Source: a candidate division WOR-3 bacterium
GTDB lineage: Bacteria > Hydrothermota > Hydrothermia > JBDRYB01
Reading direction: 5' to 3'
DNA length: 30,161 bases
NCBI GenBank assembly: GCA_039803205.1
Contig: JBDRYB010000023.1
Span: 1-30,161, forward strand
Shown: positions 9,040 to 18,900 of the stretch, piece by piece
Numbering within the stretch: the stretch's first letter is position 1
How the letters are laid out: every line of letters starts with the position of its first letter
Notes under the pieces: generated by a model
Seen by the model: only the letters and a program-made list of their open reading frames with translations
The model's database searches: none
Told to the model about the DNA's origin: nothing
Made by a program: the position numbers and the translations under genes

Positions 9040-9698
9040 CCCTGAATGAGTTAATAGGGGCTTTGATTGCATATCTGGGAGAGCAAACCATCCCGGATAC
9101 AAGTAAGCTCCACTGGTGGCTTAAACAGGCCCGGTTGAGGGTCTACAACTTTATTCTGAGGAATAACCCTCAGGCTCTCAGAAGGGAAACGGATATAAAT
9201 GTGGGGGAGGGGCAGAGAGATTTGCCCCTCCCCTCTTTTTCTAAAGCGCTGGAAGCATACATTCAGTATGCAACGGATGATGCTGAGACATGGTATCACT
9301 TAGCTATTAAACCATACCTGGATACTCATGCTACTTTTAACCCAGGGTTAACTGGACGGCCACGCCATTTATTGATTGCACCTAGCGGAAACGGAATATT
9401 GTGGCCTGTCCCGGATACCAATTATAGGCTGAGATATGTCTATGCGGCTCCTTTGGATGATTTTATATGGGAATTACCAAATGGAGATTGGTATATCCCG
9501 GAGGAATATCTTGACTTGTTCTTGAAAGAATTGGCTTATGCTTATGCAGTTGCATATCCGAGAGATTATGGCGCCAGAATACCTTTAATCAAACAGGATA
9601 TTCAAGAAACTCAAGAAACCTTAAAACGCGTATGGAATACTTATGGTGGTGAAAAGCATATCAGACGCATAGTGAGGTATCCTAGGAGGTTCAGATGA
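9036..9698 (+). CDS. Head-tail adaptor protein 1 (220 aa)
   Basis: MTLNELI..L..YLGE helical start, LWPVPDTNYRLRYVY, IPEEYLDLF: pattern of podovirus adaptor proteins. TTG start overlapping the prior stop. Confidence 0.7.
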   Translation: MTLNELIGALIAYLGEQTIPDTSKLHWWLKQARLRVYNFILRNNPQALRRETDINVGEGQRDLPLPSFSKALEAYIQYATDDAETWYHLAIKPYLDTHATFNPGLTGRPRHLLIAPSGNGILWPVPDTNYRLRYVYAAPLDDFIWELPNGDWYIPEEYLDLFLKELAYAYAVAYPRDYGARIPLIKQDIQETQETLKRVWNTYGGEKHIRRIVRYPRRFR

Positions 9699-10486
9699 CC
9701 TTTCAACAAATTAAAGATGCTATACGGAATGTGTTAAAAGACCCCGGCTCTGGTTTGCAAAGTGGTGCAGTTGCGACAGATGGATTTCTTTATCAGGCGG
9801 TTAATACTATTCAAGAATTAATGGCTAAGACTTTACCGCCTGCCATGCTTTATACCTTGCAAAGAAATTATGTCTATGGTTATACAGAGCAGGTAGAAGT
9901 TGATTGGGGCAATACAACCATAGGTGAGTTCTCTTTGCCTGTGGATGTAGAGGGAAAGGAAATTGTAGCGCAGGTTTATGATGCGGTTTATCGGCATGCT
10001 AATTCTACTAGTGAGAGCGGTTATGATGAACAGCCAGTTAATCTAAGTCCTTTGCTTTCGCCATATCAAATGGTTCAATACATTCAACCTACCCGTTTTA
10101 ATCCTGTAGCTTATGTGGGTTATTATACCTTTCGGCTCGGAATAACTCCTACTAAACCGCAAATAATATTATGCCCCGGTTTAGAGCAGGAGGACGATAA
10201 ATTAGCCATTCAGTTTATTCGTTATCCTACTCCGATTACAGCTGGTAATCTGGATACTAATTGTGATCTACCTGAGGGTGCTATTCAAAGGGCTCTAATT
10301 CAACTGGCTGTGGGTTATATTTTACTTGCTGGTATGACGCCTGATCTGGAGGCGGGCATACGGGCTGTGCAACAGGGACAGAATATATTGAACCAACATG
10401 CTGAGGCTTTAGGCTTGAATTGGAGGCGTTGGAAAGATTGGCTCGCAAATTTGAATTTACCTGTGGCCCCTGGACAGCAGGGCTAA
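9695..10486 (+). CDS. Head-tail adaptor protein 2 (263 aa)
   Basis: MTFQQIKDAIRNVLKD...LYQAVN..Q start, IILCP...IQFIRYP...DLPE..QRALI: same architecture as the preceding gene. AGGAGGT SD. Confidence 0.65.
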   Translation: MTFQQIKDAIRNVLKDPGSGLQSGAVATDGFLYQAVNTIQELMAKTLPPAMLYTLQRNYVYGYTEQVEVDWGNTTIGEFSLPVDVEGKEIVAQVYDAVYRHANSTSESGYDEQPVNLSPLLSPYQMVQYIQPTRFNPVAYVGYYTFRLGITPTKPQIILCPGLEQEDDKLAIQFIRYPTPITAGNLDTNCDLPEGAIQRALIQLAVGYILLAGMTPDLEAGIRAVQQGQNILNQHAEALGLNWRRWKDWLANLNLPVAPGQQG

Positions 10487-13400
10487 TTGCCGGGCCGCAA
10501 GAAGCACTTGTCAGGCCCGATGTGGCTATTATTAATGCCAGCAATATTAGGGTTCGGCAAGATAGTTGTTTGGTAGTAAGAGAGGATTGCCCAGTTAAGA
10601 AGACTTACGATTTCTATTCGGCTTATAGACCTAAACCAATAGGATTGGCTTATATCAATTCTCATTGTGAAAACGAACGGAAAATACTAATAGCCGAGAG
10701 CTGTGGTAATGACTTAGTGCTGAGAAGAATATCAGCTTTTGATTTGCTAGGTAATCATTTATGGGCTAGTGGACAGCATACCAATTTTGATTATAGCAGA
10801 CAACATCGTGGTAGCAATATTGAATATGGCAATATTGTGGGCTGTGCTGAGTTTTATGGTATGAAAGTGGTGGTTTTGGGGAGAGCTATGGAATTCGGCA
10901 TAGAAAGGTCAAGAAAAAGTATAGGTGGCGTTCTGAATTATGAACATGACTATGTCTTTAGAGGCCAGTCCAAAGAGCGCTGGGCTGAAGAAGGTGATTG
11001 GTTCAATCCTTATGGCACTTACAATCCGTTGTTTTTGGCTTATAGTGATGAGAGTGTAGCAGGTATAGGAACAGCATCAGTTCCGGCTTATCCAGGATTA
11101 AGGTGTGTGGATGCTGTGATGACTAATGATTATAATATAGGAGCCGCGTTTTACCATTTTAACGATAATGGGATTTATAAATTGAGTGGAGTTAAAGGAA
11201 ATTGGAGCTCAGCACCACCGCAAACAATATGCAAACCAGTTGTCTTATCCGGCCATAAAGAGCCTTATAAAGGGATAGCAGCTATATGGCTGGTTGAACC
11301 TTCTTTGTTCTGTGTTTTTGCTGGTGGTGATAATGGTTGGGGATATTGGTTGTGGGATGGAACATTAACAGGAAATTGGAGCTTTACAGAGGCGCCTGTC
11401 AATCCTAATGATGCTGTTTTGGATTTTGCTTTGTCGCGGGATTATATAGGTTCTGGCGAAAGCTGTAAGTTATATGTTCTAGTTAGTGGTGGAATTGTGA
11501 AGCGTTATACAATATCATGGAGCGGAGGGGTAGTTAATATTACTTCTGATAATCTGGTCAATAATAACTTTACTCAGGCTTACCTAATTGATTGTCAGGA
11601 AAGGGCCGGGGAAGATGCTACAGATAAAGATTTTGTGGCCGCAGGCAATAACTATTTGGTGAAGTGTTCTGTGAATTCAACATCGTGGGGGGACATAGAG
11701 AATTTATTAAGCGGCATAGATATTAATAGAGTTCAGAGGGTTGTTAAGGAAATACAGCGTCTAGAAATACATAGCTCCCGTGAATTCAGCAGAGAAGATA
11801 TAGCATATGGTAAAGGGCCAACAACAATTATCATGGGGGGTGTAGATGGTTTTTATTATCATGATACTGTGGATAATGAAGCAAAACAGCTATATGTAGG
11901 CGGTGGCCCTTCACCATATAAACGGATAATTCCCGCCGGCGCTGAGAAGGCTATATTATTAGATGGACGCTCCGCACCAGTGGAAATTGAATTGAAATAT
12001 AAAGATGGCAATTGGTATAAATCAGTTAATAATCTTTCAATACAACATTCGCCTTATCCTTATGCAATTACAAAACCAAGCCTTGCCTTAGGAGAAGGTG
12101 ATTGGTGGATTGTTAGGCGAGAATGTCGCCTTCAGTATATTACTCTTGATGATGAGGGCAATATAATTAAAGAAGGCCCTTATACTGATTTGGGCGAAGT
12201 TATATATGTAGATGAGTATGTGCAACATAATTTTTATCATACAATCTTCAAAATTAGAGTTCCGTCAGACCTTGACCCTCAGATAACCCATATCAGAGTT
12301 CTCCTGCAAGATAGGAGACAAAGTGTGCAGTATAATGTCCATGCTAGTGGCAGAACATATACAGAAGCAACAGACCTTCATGATGGCACACTTGAATGGT
12401 ATGAAGCATATGTAGCAAAGGTTTCAAAGTCAGGAAATACTTTAGAGGGGGAATGGAAACCTTTCTATATTCCTGTTCATCCGGAAATGGTTCTGCGCTT
12501 TATCTTTGGATATAATATTGATAATGTCGTTCTGGAAAATTCAAGCGAAGAAGGCGAAGCAAACCAATATCATATTTGCTCTCTGGCTTTTAAGTGGCAA
12601 CATTTGGTAGTGTATAACATGAAAAATTTAGGCAGTGTAATAGCCAATAATCCTTATCTAATTGCATCTGTGAACGGAGTTCTGATACCTAGAGACCGAG
12701 CCCCGCAGTGTGCTAGATGGGGTGCTGTGCATAATGATATGGTCTGGTTGGAAGGGCCGGATAGCAGGGTTTATTGGTCTATGAGGGGACATGAAAGATA
12801 TGCTTTCTCATATATGCAATATGTAGGCTTCAAGGGAGGTGGAGACTTAACAGAAATCATATCATTTAAACATTTCGGCCAAGGAATAGAACCTTCGCCT
12901 ATGCTATATGTTTGTAAGACAGCCTCAATTTATGTTCTTATGGGTTCACCGGGAATTTTTAATCCTATAGGTTCAAATGTGGAAGTAGCGCTTAGCTCCT
13001 GGATGCAACAGGCGATTGGAAATTTACAGGTCTTAACGGCAATTGGGCATTTTGGAGCGCCTTATCCTGATGCTATTACTTTGACGCCTTGGGGTCTGGC
13101 CTTTGCTAATGCTAACGGAGTATATCTATACCAGAACCCTAATACCGGGATACAGGAGATTAGTCAGAATATCAAGGCCCTGTTTCAAGGCGGAATTCAT
13201 AAAACTGGCGCTCTAAATGCGTATATAACCCTTACGCCTCAGGCATGTCTATTTTACTTTGAAGATTGGAATGGCCCTCATATAGCTTTGGGATGCCGGT
13301 TGAGAATGGAAAATTATCAAATTTTGCTGGTCTATAATGTAGCCACTCAGAATTGGGACGGAATACATAGAGGAATTGACATACGATCCGCGGTTTTCAA

Positions 13401-13899
13401 TATAACCGACAAAATGGTTTATAGTTTGGACGAGATATGGCGACAACATGAGACTATTATAGGTTCGGCAGTAGACTATACAACTAGACATTTGTTCTCG
13501 AAATGGTCAGGAACCATAACAGGAGAATTTTATACGCCAGATATTCAGATTACCCCAAGCAACATGGTTTATTTTGATTATGCAATTCCTCTGGTAGATT
13601 GGTCTGATATAGAACCCCTTAATGTAGAGAATACCATGCTAGAGATATGTTGGAATGCTGGTAAGGTTCACGGGACAGAGGAGATGGTTAAAACTATAAG
13701 TTATCGTTATATGGATGCTAATAAGCATCATAATGTTCCTATGGGATTCTGGACTAATTTGGTAAGGATGAGAATAAGAATATGGAATATAGCCAATAAA
13801 GCTGGTGGTGCTGTTCCTATAATCATTAGGAGCTTGACTTTGCGTGGGCAATTGCCTGACAATATAGAGGAACCGAACATAAGAGGATATGGAGGTTAA
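10420..13899 (+). CDS. Tail nozzle/stabilisation protein (P22 gp10/T7 gp12-like beta-propeller), up to 1159 aa
   Basis: Follows the adaptors. W/Y/G-rich beta protein with RVYWS, LYVCKTASIYVLMG, LAFANANGVYLY...IQEISQNI and LLVYN...W nozzle-type segments. True start may be TTG 10438 (GGAGG at 10422-10426). Confidence 0.75.
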   Translation: MEALERLARKFEFTCGPWTAGLIAGPQEALVRPDVAIINASNIRVRQDSCLVVREDCPVKKTYDFYSAYRPKPIGLAYINSHCENERKILIAESCGNDLVLRRISAFDLLGNHLWASGQHTNFDYSRQHRGSNIEYGNIVGCAEFYGMKVVVLGRAMEFGIERSRKSIGGVLNYEHDYVFRGQSKERWAEEGDWFNPYGTYNPLFLAYSDESVAGIGTASVPAYPGLRCVDAVMTNDYNIGAAFYHFNDNGIYKLSGVKGNWSSAPPQTICKPVVLSGHKEPYKGIAAIWLVEPSLFCVFAGGDNGWGYWLWDGTLTGNWSFTEAPVNPNDAVLDFALSRDYIGSGESCKLYVLVSGGIVKRYTISWSGGVVNITSDNLVNNNFTQAYLIDCQERAGEDATDKDFVAAGNNYLVKCSVNSTSWGDIENLLSGIDINRVQRVVKEIQRLEIHSSREFSREDIAYGKGPTTIIMGGVDGFYYHDTVDNEAKQLYVGGGPSPYKRIIPAGAEKAILLDGRSAPVEIELKYKDGNWYKSVNNLSIQHSPYPYAITKPSLALGEGDWWIVRRECRLQYITLDDEGNIIKEGPYTDLGEVIYVDEYVQHNFYHTIFKIRVPSDLDPQITHIRVLLQDRRQSVQYNVHASGRTYTEATDLHDGTLEWYEAYVAKVSKSGNTLEGEWKPFYIPVHPEMVLRFIFGYNIDNVVLENSSEEGEANQYHICSLAFKWQHLVVYNMKNLGSVIANNPYLIASVNGVLIPRDRAPQCARWGAVHNDMVWLEGPDSRVYWSMRGHERYAFSYMQYVGFKGGGDLTEIISFKHFGQGIEPSPMLYVCKTASIYVLMGSPGIFNPIGSNVEVALSSWMQQAIGNLQVLTAIGHFGAPYPDAITLTPWGLAFANANGVYLYQNPNTGIQEISQNIKALFQGGIHKTGALNAYITLTPQACLFYFEDWNGPHIALGCRLRMENYQILLVYNVATQNWDGIHRGIDIRSAVFNITDKMVYSLDEIWRQHETIIGSAVDYTTRHLFSKWSGTITGEFYTPDIQITPSNMVYFDYAIPLVDWSDIEPLNVENTMLEICWNAGKVHGTEEMVKTISYRYMDANKHHNVPMGFWTNLVRMRIRIWNIANKAGGAVPIIIRSLTLRGQLPDNIEEPNIRGYGG

Positions 13900-13902
13900 A
13901 AG

Positions 13903-14349
13903 ATGTGGCCGATACTAGCTGGATTAGGTGTAGGAGCTGGGTTGTGGGGTTTGAGGAATTGGCTTTTTAACGATCCCTTGCAGAGGGAATTGCAAAGAGT
14001 GGCAACTCAGGGCATACTTTCTCCAGCTGAGCGCAATCTGTTTTACAGACAGCTGAGGGATCAGGTCTTATCAACGGCTGGTATAGCCAATAGAATGGGA
14101 CAGGCAGTAGCAGGGGCAAGAGGACTGAGCGATACTGGTTTAACCACTACTTTGGCCAGAGATATAGCTTCTGGTGCCGGTGCTCAGGCCGGCCAAATCA
14201 TGAGCGATATAGAAAAACAAGTAATAGCCAGTAGACTGCAAGGCCTGGGTCTCTGGAACCAATACCAGCAATATCTCATGCAGGCTCTTGCGCAGGCAAT
14301 AGGTGGTCTTGGACAAACAGCTGGAACCGCCATAGGAGCTATGTTATAA
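13903..14349 (+). CDS. Internal virion/ejection protein, small (148 aa)
   Basis: G/A/Q-rich with hydrophobic glycine-rich termini (LAGLGVGAGLWGL; AIGGLGQTAGTAIGAML). Position is analogous to P22 gp7/T7 gp14. Confidence 0.6.
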   Translation: MWPILAGLGVGAGLWGLRNWLFNDPLQRELQRVATQGILSPAERNLFYRQLRDQVLSTAGIANRMGQAVAGARGLSDTGLTTTLARDIASGAGAQAGQIMSDIEKQVIASRLQGLGLWNQYQQYLMQALAQAIGGLGQTAGTAIGAML

Positions 14350-15905
14350 TGCCTATAAAGAGTGAGATTGAGGATTATCTCAAAGAGAGAGCAAGGGCAA
14401 AAGTGGACAAAACTCTTAGAGACCAGATAGTTGCTCATCTACTCCAATTTCATCGTGAGCCACAGCAAATAACTTACAACGAGAGGGTTTTTAGAAGTCT
14501 GCCACCCGAAGTAAAACAGGAAGCAGTAGATCAAGCTTTAGTCCAACAGCAAAGAAATATAGCAACAGAGGCTCAGTCTATTATAGATATACTGAATATG
14601 ATGGCTAGTGCTGGTCAGGGAGAAGGGGGGGGGATGTATACTTCATTTGCAATACCTAAGCAACCATCGGTTCCGGGAACTTTTAGACAACAGGAGGAAA
14701 TAGGGGAAAGAGGAAGAGAATGGACAGAATATGGTGAGACTTTTAAAGATTTAGGGAAATCCGAGGAATATTTCCGTGAAGGATTAGAAAGGATAAGAAC
14801 TCCTGCTGATGCTTTAATATTCCTAAGAATGCTTGAAGGGGAAAAACCTGCCCCTCCTGAGGCCAAGAAATTCCCTTGGGGTCATCTAATTGGTGCTGGA
14901 ATTTCTATGCTGGCTGGTGGTCTGGTTGGTAAAAGTATGGGAATACCTGGCATAGCATTAGGTATGCCAGCCGCAACCGGTTATTTAAGTGGTGCATATC
15001 AGGCTTATCTCGCTCAAGAGGCCGCGAAGCGAGCCGCCTATGAAGCTGAATTAGAATATGCTACGCGAATGGCTAATGCCAAGATGTATGGCCTGCAGAC
15101 CCTTTATCCTTATATGGCCCTGGAGCCGAAAGCATACTTTGAACAAGCTGAGACAGCCGCAAGGTATGCTCCTGAAATCAGAAGAAAGTATGGTACCGTG
15201 ACGGAACATACTCGTAGAACTATTGCTGAAACCAGGCCAGCCATGGAGAGGTATCTGAGAGGTCTGATAGGTCTCGGATACTCTAGGCTGGCCGCTCAGG
15301 AGAGAAGAGATTTGTGGTCGCATTATGTCAAGCTGATTGACAAATCTTCTTCAGTGGTGGTAGGCGCTTATAAAGATCCTAAGGCGTTCCATGAAAGCAT
15401 GAATGAACTCCTGAATGCTCAGACGGCAATAGGACATAACATACCTGAGGTGGCGGGATATAAACAAGGTGATTTTTTGCTAACTATTCCAACGGCACAA
15501 GGTATATTCCTTACGCCAGGCGAAAAATTAGGACAACATGGCGAGGTGGCAGTTGCTAAACAGCGCGGTGTAGGTAAAGACAAAAAGGTTAGCCTTTATC
15601 TCCTGACTGCTGAGGATATTGAAACACTGAAAGGGATGTATGGTAGTGGTCAGTTAACCGGAGATTTTGCGCGAGATAAAGAAACGCTAACACAGAGCAA
15701 ATATCGTGAATTGCCTAACATCGTTGAAGAGGCTACCACCAATCCAGAAGATTATCAGGCGCTTCAAAGAACTTATACAGAGATGATGAATACCATTAGA
15801 GAATATGAACCCGGCCCAACTAATCTGGAGCGCATGAAAGAATACATGGAGCTATTGGGATTGCCAGGCCCTTCTGAGACTGGCGAAACTAAAACAACCG
15901 AATGA
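14349..15905 (+). CDS. Internal virion/ejection protein, medium (518 aa)
   Basis: Helical, with a central glycine-rich hydrophobic hairpin (LIGAGISMLAGGLVGKSMGIPGIALGMPAATGYLSG). TAATG coupling. Confidence 0.6.
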   Translation: MPIKSEIEDYLKERARAKVDKTLRDQIVAHLLQFHREPQQITYNERVFRSLPPEVKQEAVDQALVQQQRNIATEAQSIIDILNMMASAGQGEGGGMYTSFAIPKQPSVPGTFRQQEEIGERGREWTEYGETFKDLGKSEEYFREGLERIRTPADALIFLRMLEGEKPAPPEAKKFPWGHLIGAGISMLAGGLVGKSMGIPGIALGMPAATGYLSGAYQAYLAQEAAKRAAYEAELEYATRMANAKMYGLQTLYPYMALEPKAYFEQAETAARYAPEIRRKYGTVTEHTRRTIAETRPAMERYLRGLIGLGYSRLAAQERRDLWSHYVKLIDKSSSVVVGAYKDPKAFHESMNELLNAQTAIGHNIPEVAGYKQGDFLLTIPTAQGIFLTPGEKLGQHGEVAVAKQRGVGKDKKVSLYLLTAEDIETLKGMYGSGQLTGDFARDKETLTQSKYRELPNIVEEATTNPEDYQALQRTYTEMMNTIREYEPGPTNLERMKEYMELLGLPGPSETGETKTTE

Positions 15906-18900
15906 CAAAGACAGGAGGAAATATACCCTCTTCTGGTGATACTAACTTTGAATTTGAAAGCTTTACATCTCAACCGCCTCAAAAATCTGAACCTTTCAAG
16001 TTTAGGTCATTCCTGACCTCTCCGCCTAGTTTGCCTTCTGCTGAGGCTGAAGAAGAGGAATATCATGTTATTCAAACAGCCCACGAGATAGCAAACTCAG
16101 CTTTACCCTTAACCCTTGAGAAAATGGCCAGATATATGGCCCTCACGGATAGATCGGCTGAGACAGCTCCTCCTGATGCTTCAAATGTCTATTTACCCTC
16201 TTATAGGATACAAATAGGCGAACAACCCCCTCAGGTCTATGAGGGCTATTTATCGCGCCCGGTGCCACCCACCCCGGCTGAGGTAGAACTTGGATTGAGT
16301 GGTGGTAGCGATATTTCGGAGGTGCTGAAGATCACCGATGAGCTTACCAAAGCTGGGAACCCCCCTGACCCTCTGGTAGTGTCTGCGGCCATAAGTGTTA
16401 GAATGGATAGGCGAAAAGAAACGCTCCAGGGTTATCTCTCGGGCCTTCAACAATATCAGAGATTAATAGGAGTATTAGCCGGTGCAGAACCAGCTGGCAG
16501 TGATGAGATTGAGCCATATCCCAAGCTGATAGTTGAGGGGCCATGGGGCAATATCAAGAAGCTATTTACAGGAGAGCTATTTACTGAGACTGGACTGGAA
16601 ACTGATGAAAAGGATTTGGCTGAACTATATAACTGGATCAAAAATGGAAACCTGTTCAAAGTTATAACTGCCATGCCTACAAGAGCCATGGTTGATCTGG
16701 CTCATGTAGGAATTGGGCTTTATGATTTGGGTGCTTCTTTGTATACTGGAACCTTAAAAGCTATGGCTTTTGGCGCGGATATGATATTGGGCCGCGCCAT
16801 GGAAAAGATGGGTTTGAAACCCGGAACATTTACTCGTGCAATTCATAAATATACAGATTTACCCATATTTCATGTCTCTACCACGCTTAGCCGGGAATAC
16901 TACAAAACCCAGCTAGAAGAACAAGAGGCTATACTGGAAATTGCTTATTTGGATGAGGCTATAACGCCTGATGAATATAGACAGGCCAAAGAGCAATTAA
17001 GGGCGTTATCTAGCCCAACAGCAATAGCCCAGGCAGTACCGGCTCCAGGCGTTGCTCAGAACCTATGGGGTTTGATAGCTGGTATAGCAGGAATGTATGT
17101 GGATTTCGTGAAGAACCCGGTGAAATATACTTTGGATCATCCTGGGAATGTGCTTTTACTTGCTGAGCTTACTCCTAAGATAGCCAAGATAGGCGCTAAG
17201 AATGTAGCATGGATCAGAGATAAAGCCCAGCAAATGAAATACAAGATATACAACAAAGGCAAGGCGGGTGCTACTGCCGAAGCTACTGAGATTGCTAATG
17301 CTGTGAAAGAAGCGTATGAGCGACCTGCATCGGAAGGTGGGAAGTCTTTACATGAGATAATATCAGAAGTGTATGAAATAGGCAAGAAAGCTGAAGATAC
17401 TAAAATTAGACTGAATAGAAGTATACGCCAAAACTTAACGCCCAAATATTTAAGTGAGCATGGGATAACCACGGAGTTAAAACCCGGTGAGATAAGTGAT
17501 ATTGAAAAGTTGGATGTGAGGCTTGTAGAACCTTTGCCAACTTCCATAGCCGATATAACCTTGGCGCGTAGGTTAGTTGAAGAGCCAGCAAAGTTGAAAG
17601 AATTCCTGGAACAATTCAACAAAACTCATCCTGAAGGAATTAGAATTTTCAGAGATACTGATGGAGTTTTACGCCCAGCAGACTTGAACAGCGATGTGGT
17701 GGTAAGAGTATACCAGGAGATACTCCAAAGTCCGGATAAGATAGCTCAACATGGGCTTGTAGATATTTATCCTGACTTGAGCGGATTGCCGGGGTTCTAT
17801 GGTTATAGGGTTAAGGCTCTATTGACAGGCACTAAGGCCAGTGAGGTTATGAAAAGCATTAGCGGGGAATACGGCGAACCGACCCCAGATAATCCTTATG
17901 TGGTGGGAATTGTAAAGGGAAATGATTATCATGGTGCTATTCAACTTTTGCGTGAGAAATATAGGCTAGAACCATTACGAGCCTCTCAAATTTACGGAGA
18001 GACATTTTTGAAGGTTCATCTGGGGGAGAATTTACCCCTAATTAGTGAATTTGTGTCTCCTGAGTTCTACGGGGCTGTGGGAGAACTTTATAGTCTCCCG
18101 GTGGTGTCCAAGCTGATTTCACCGGGGGAACTGGTTAATTTGTTATACGAGAACTCCAAAGCAAACAAGATACCCAATTTGTCTTCACCATTACAGCCTC
18201 TTATTCGCATGCTTTTTGAAATTGAGCCCCGGTTGGATAGGTTTATTGAGAGGCGCTCGCCTAAGGGAACGCTGTATGGCGAGATTGAGATAGCAATACC
18301 AGGAAGTAGTAAGGCCATAATTGATTATCTTTACAATAAGAGTGTCAAACTGGATGCTCTTAGAATTAGGGCCGAAGAACTTAAAAATACGCCCGAAAAC
18401 CCTGAGTTTGAGGAGGTTATAACCGAAATATCTGCTGAGAAAAAAGAAATCTTACGCGGACTTTCTGACTTAGTAGGTAAGTTGAAGACCAGAATGGAAT
18501 ATAGCCGGCTACTTGAAGAAGTTCATTTGCCCTCTACAATTGATTGGGCAATTAAAGACAAAATTAGAGGAGGGCAATTTGCCATATTTGCAAATCCCGA
18601 AATGGAAATACGGCTTACTGGTAGCACTATGATACCATTAGCGCTTAAATTGAAAATCAAAGGCTGGAAAGGGTTAGAGGGGATACTGAACAAATGGCAA
18701 GGTGTGATCAGAACAGATGAACCGCCGGGGGTCAAAGTCAACGAGGAGGGCCAGCTTTTGACCCCCGGCTTAAGGGACAATATATTCTATGCCATGCAAT
18801 ATCTAAAAGATATGCCAGGCAGGATAGTGGAGATAACTACTGGAAATGTGAAAACGCTAATCTTAAGGATAAGAGGAACTTATCGCAAATATCATATTAG

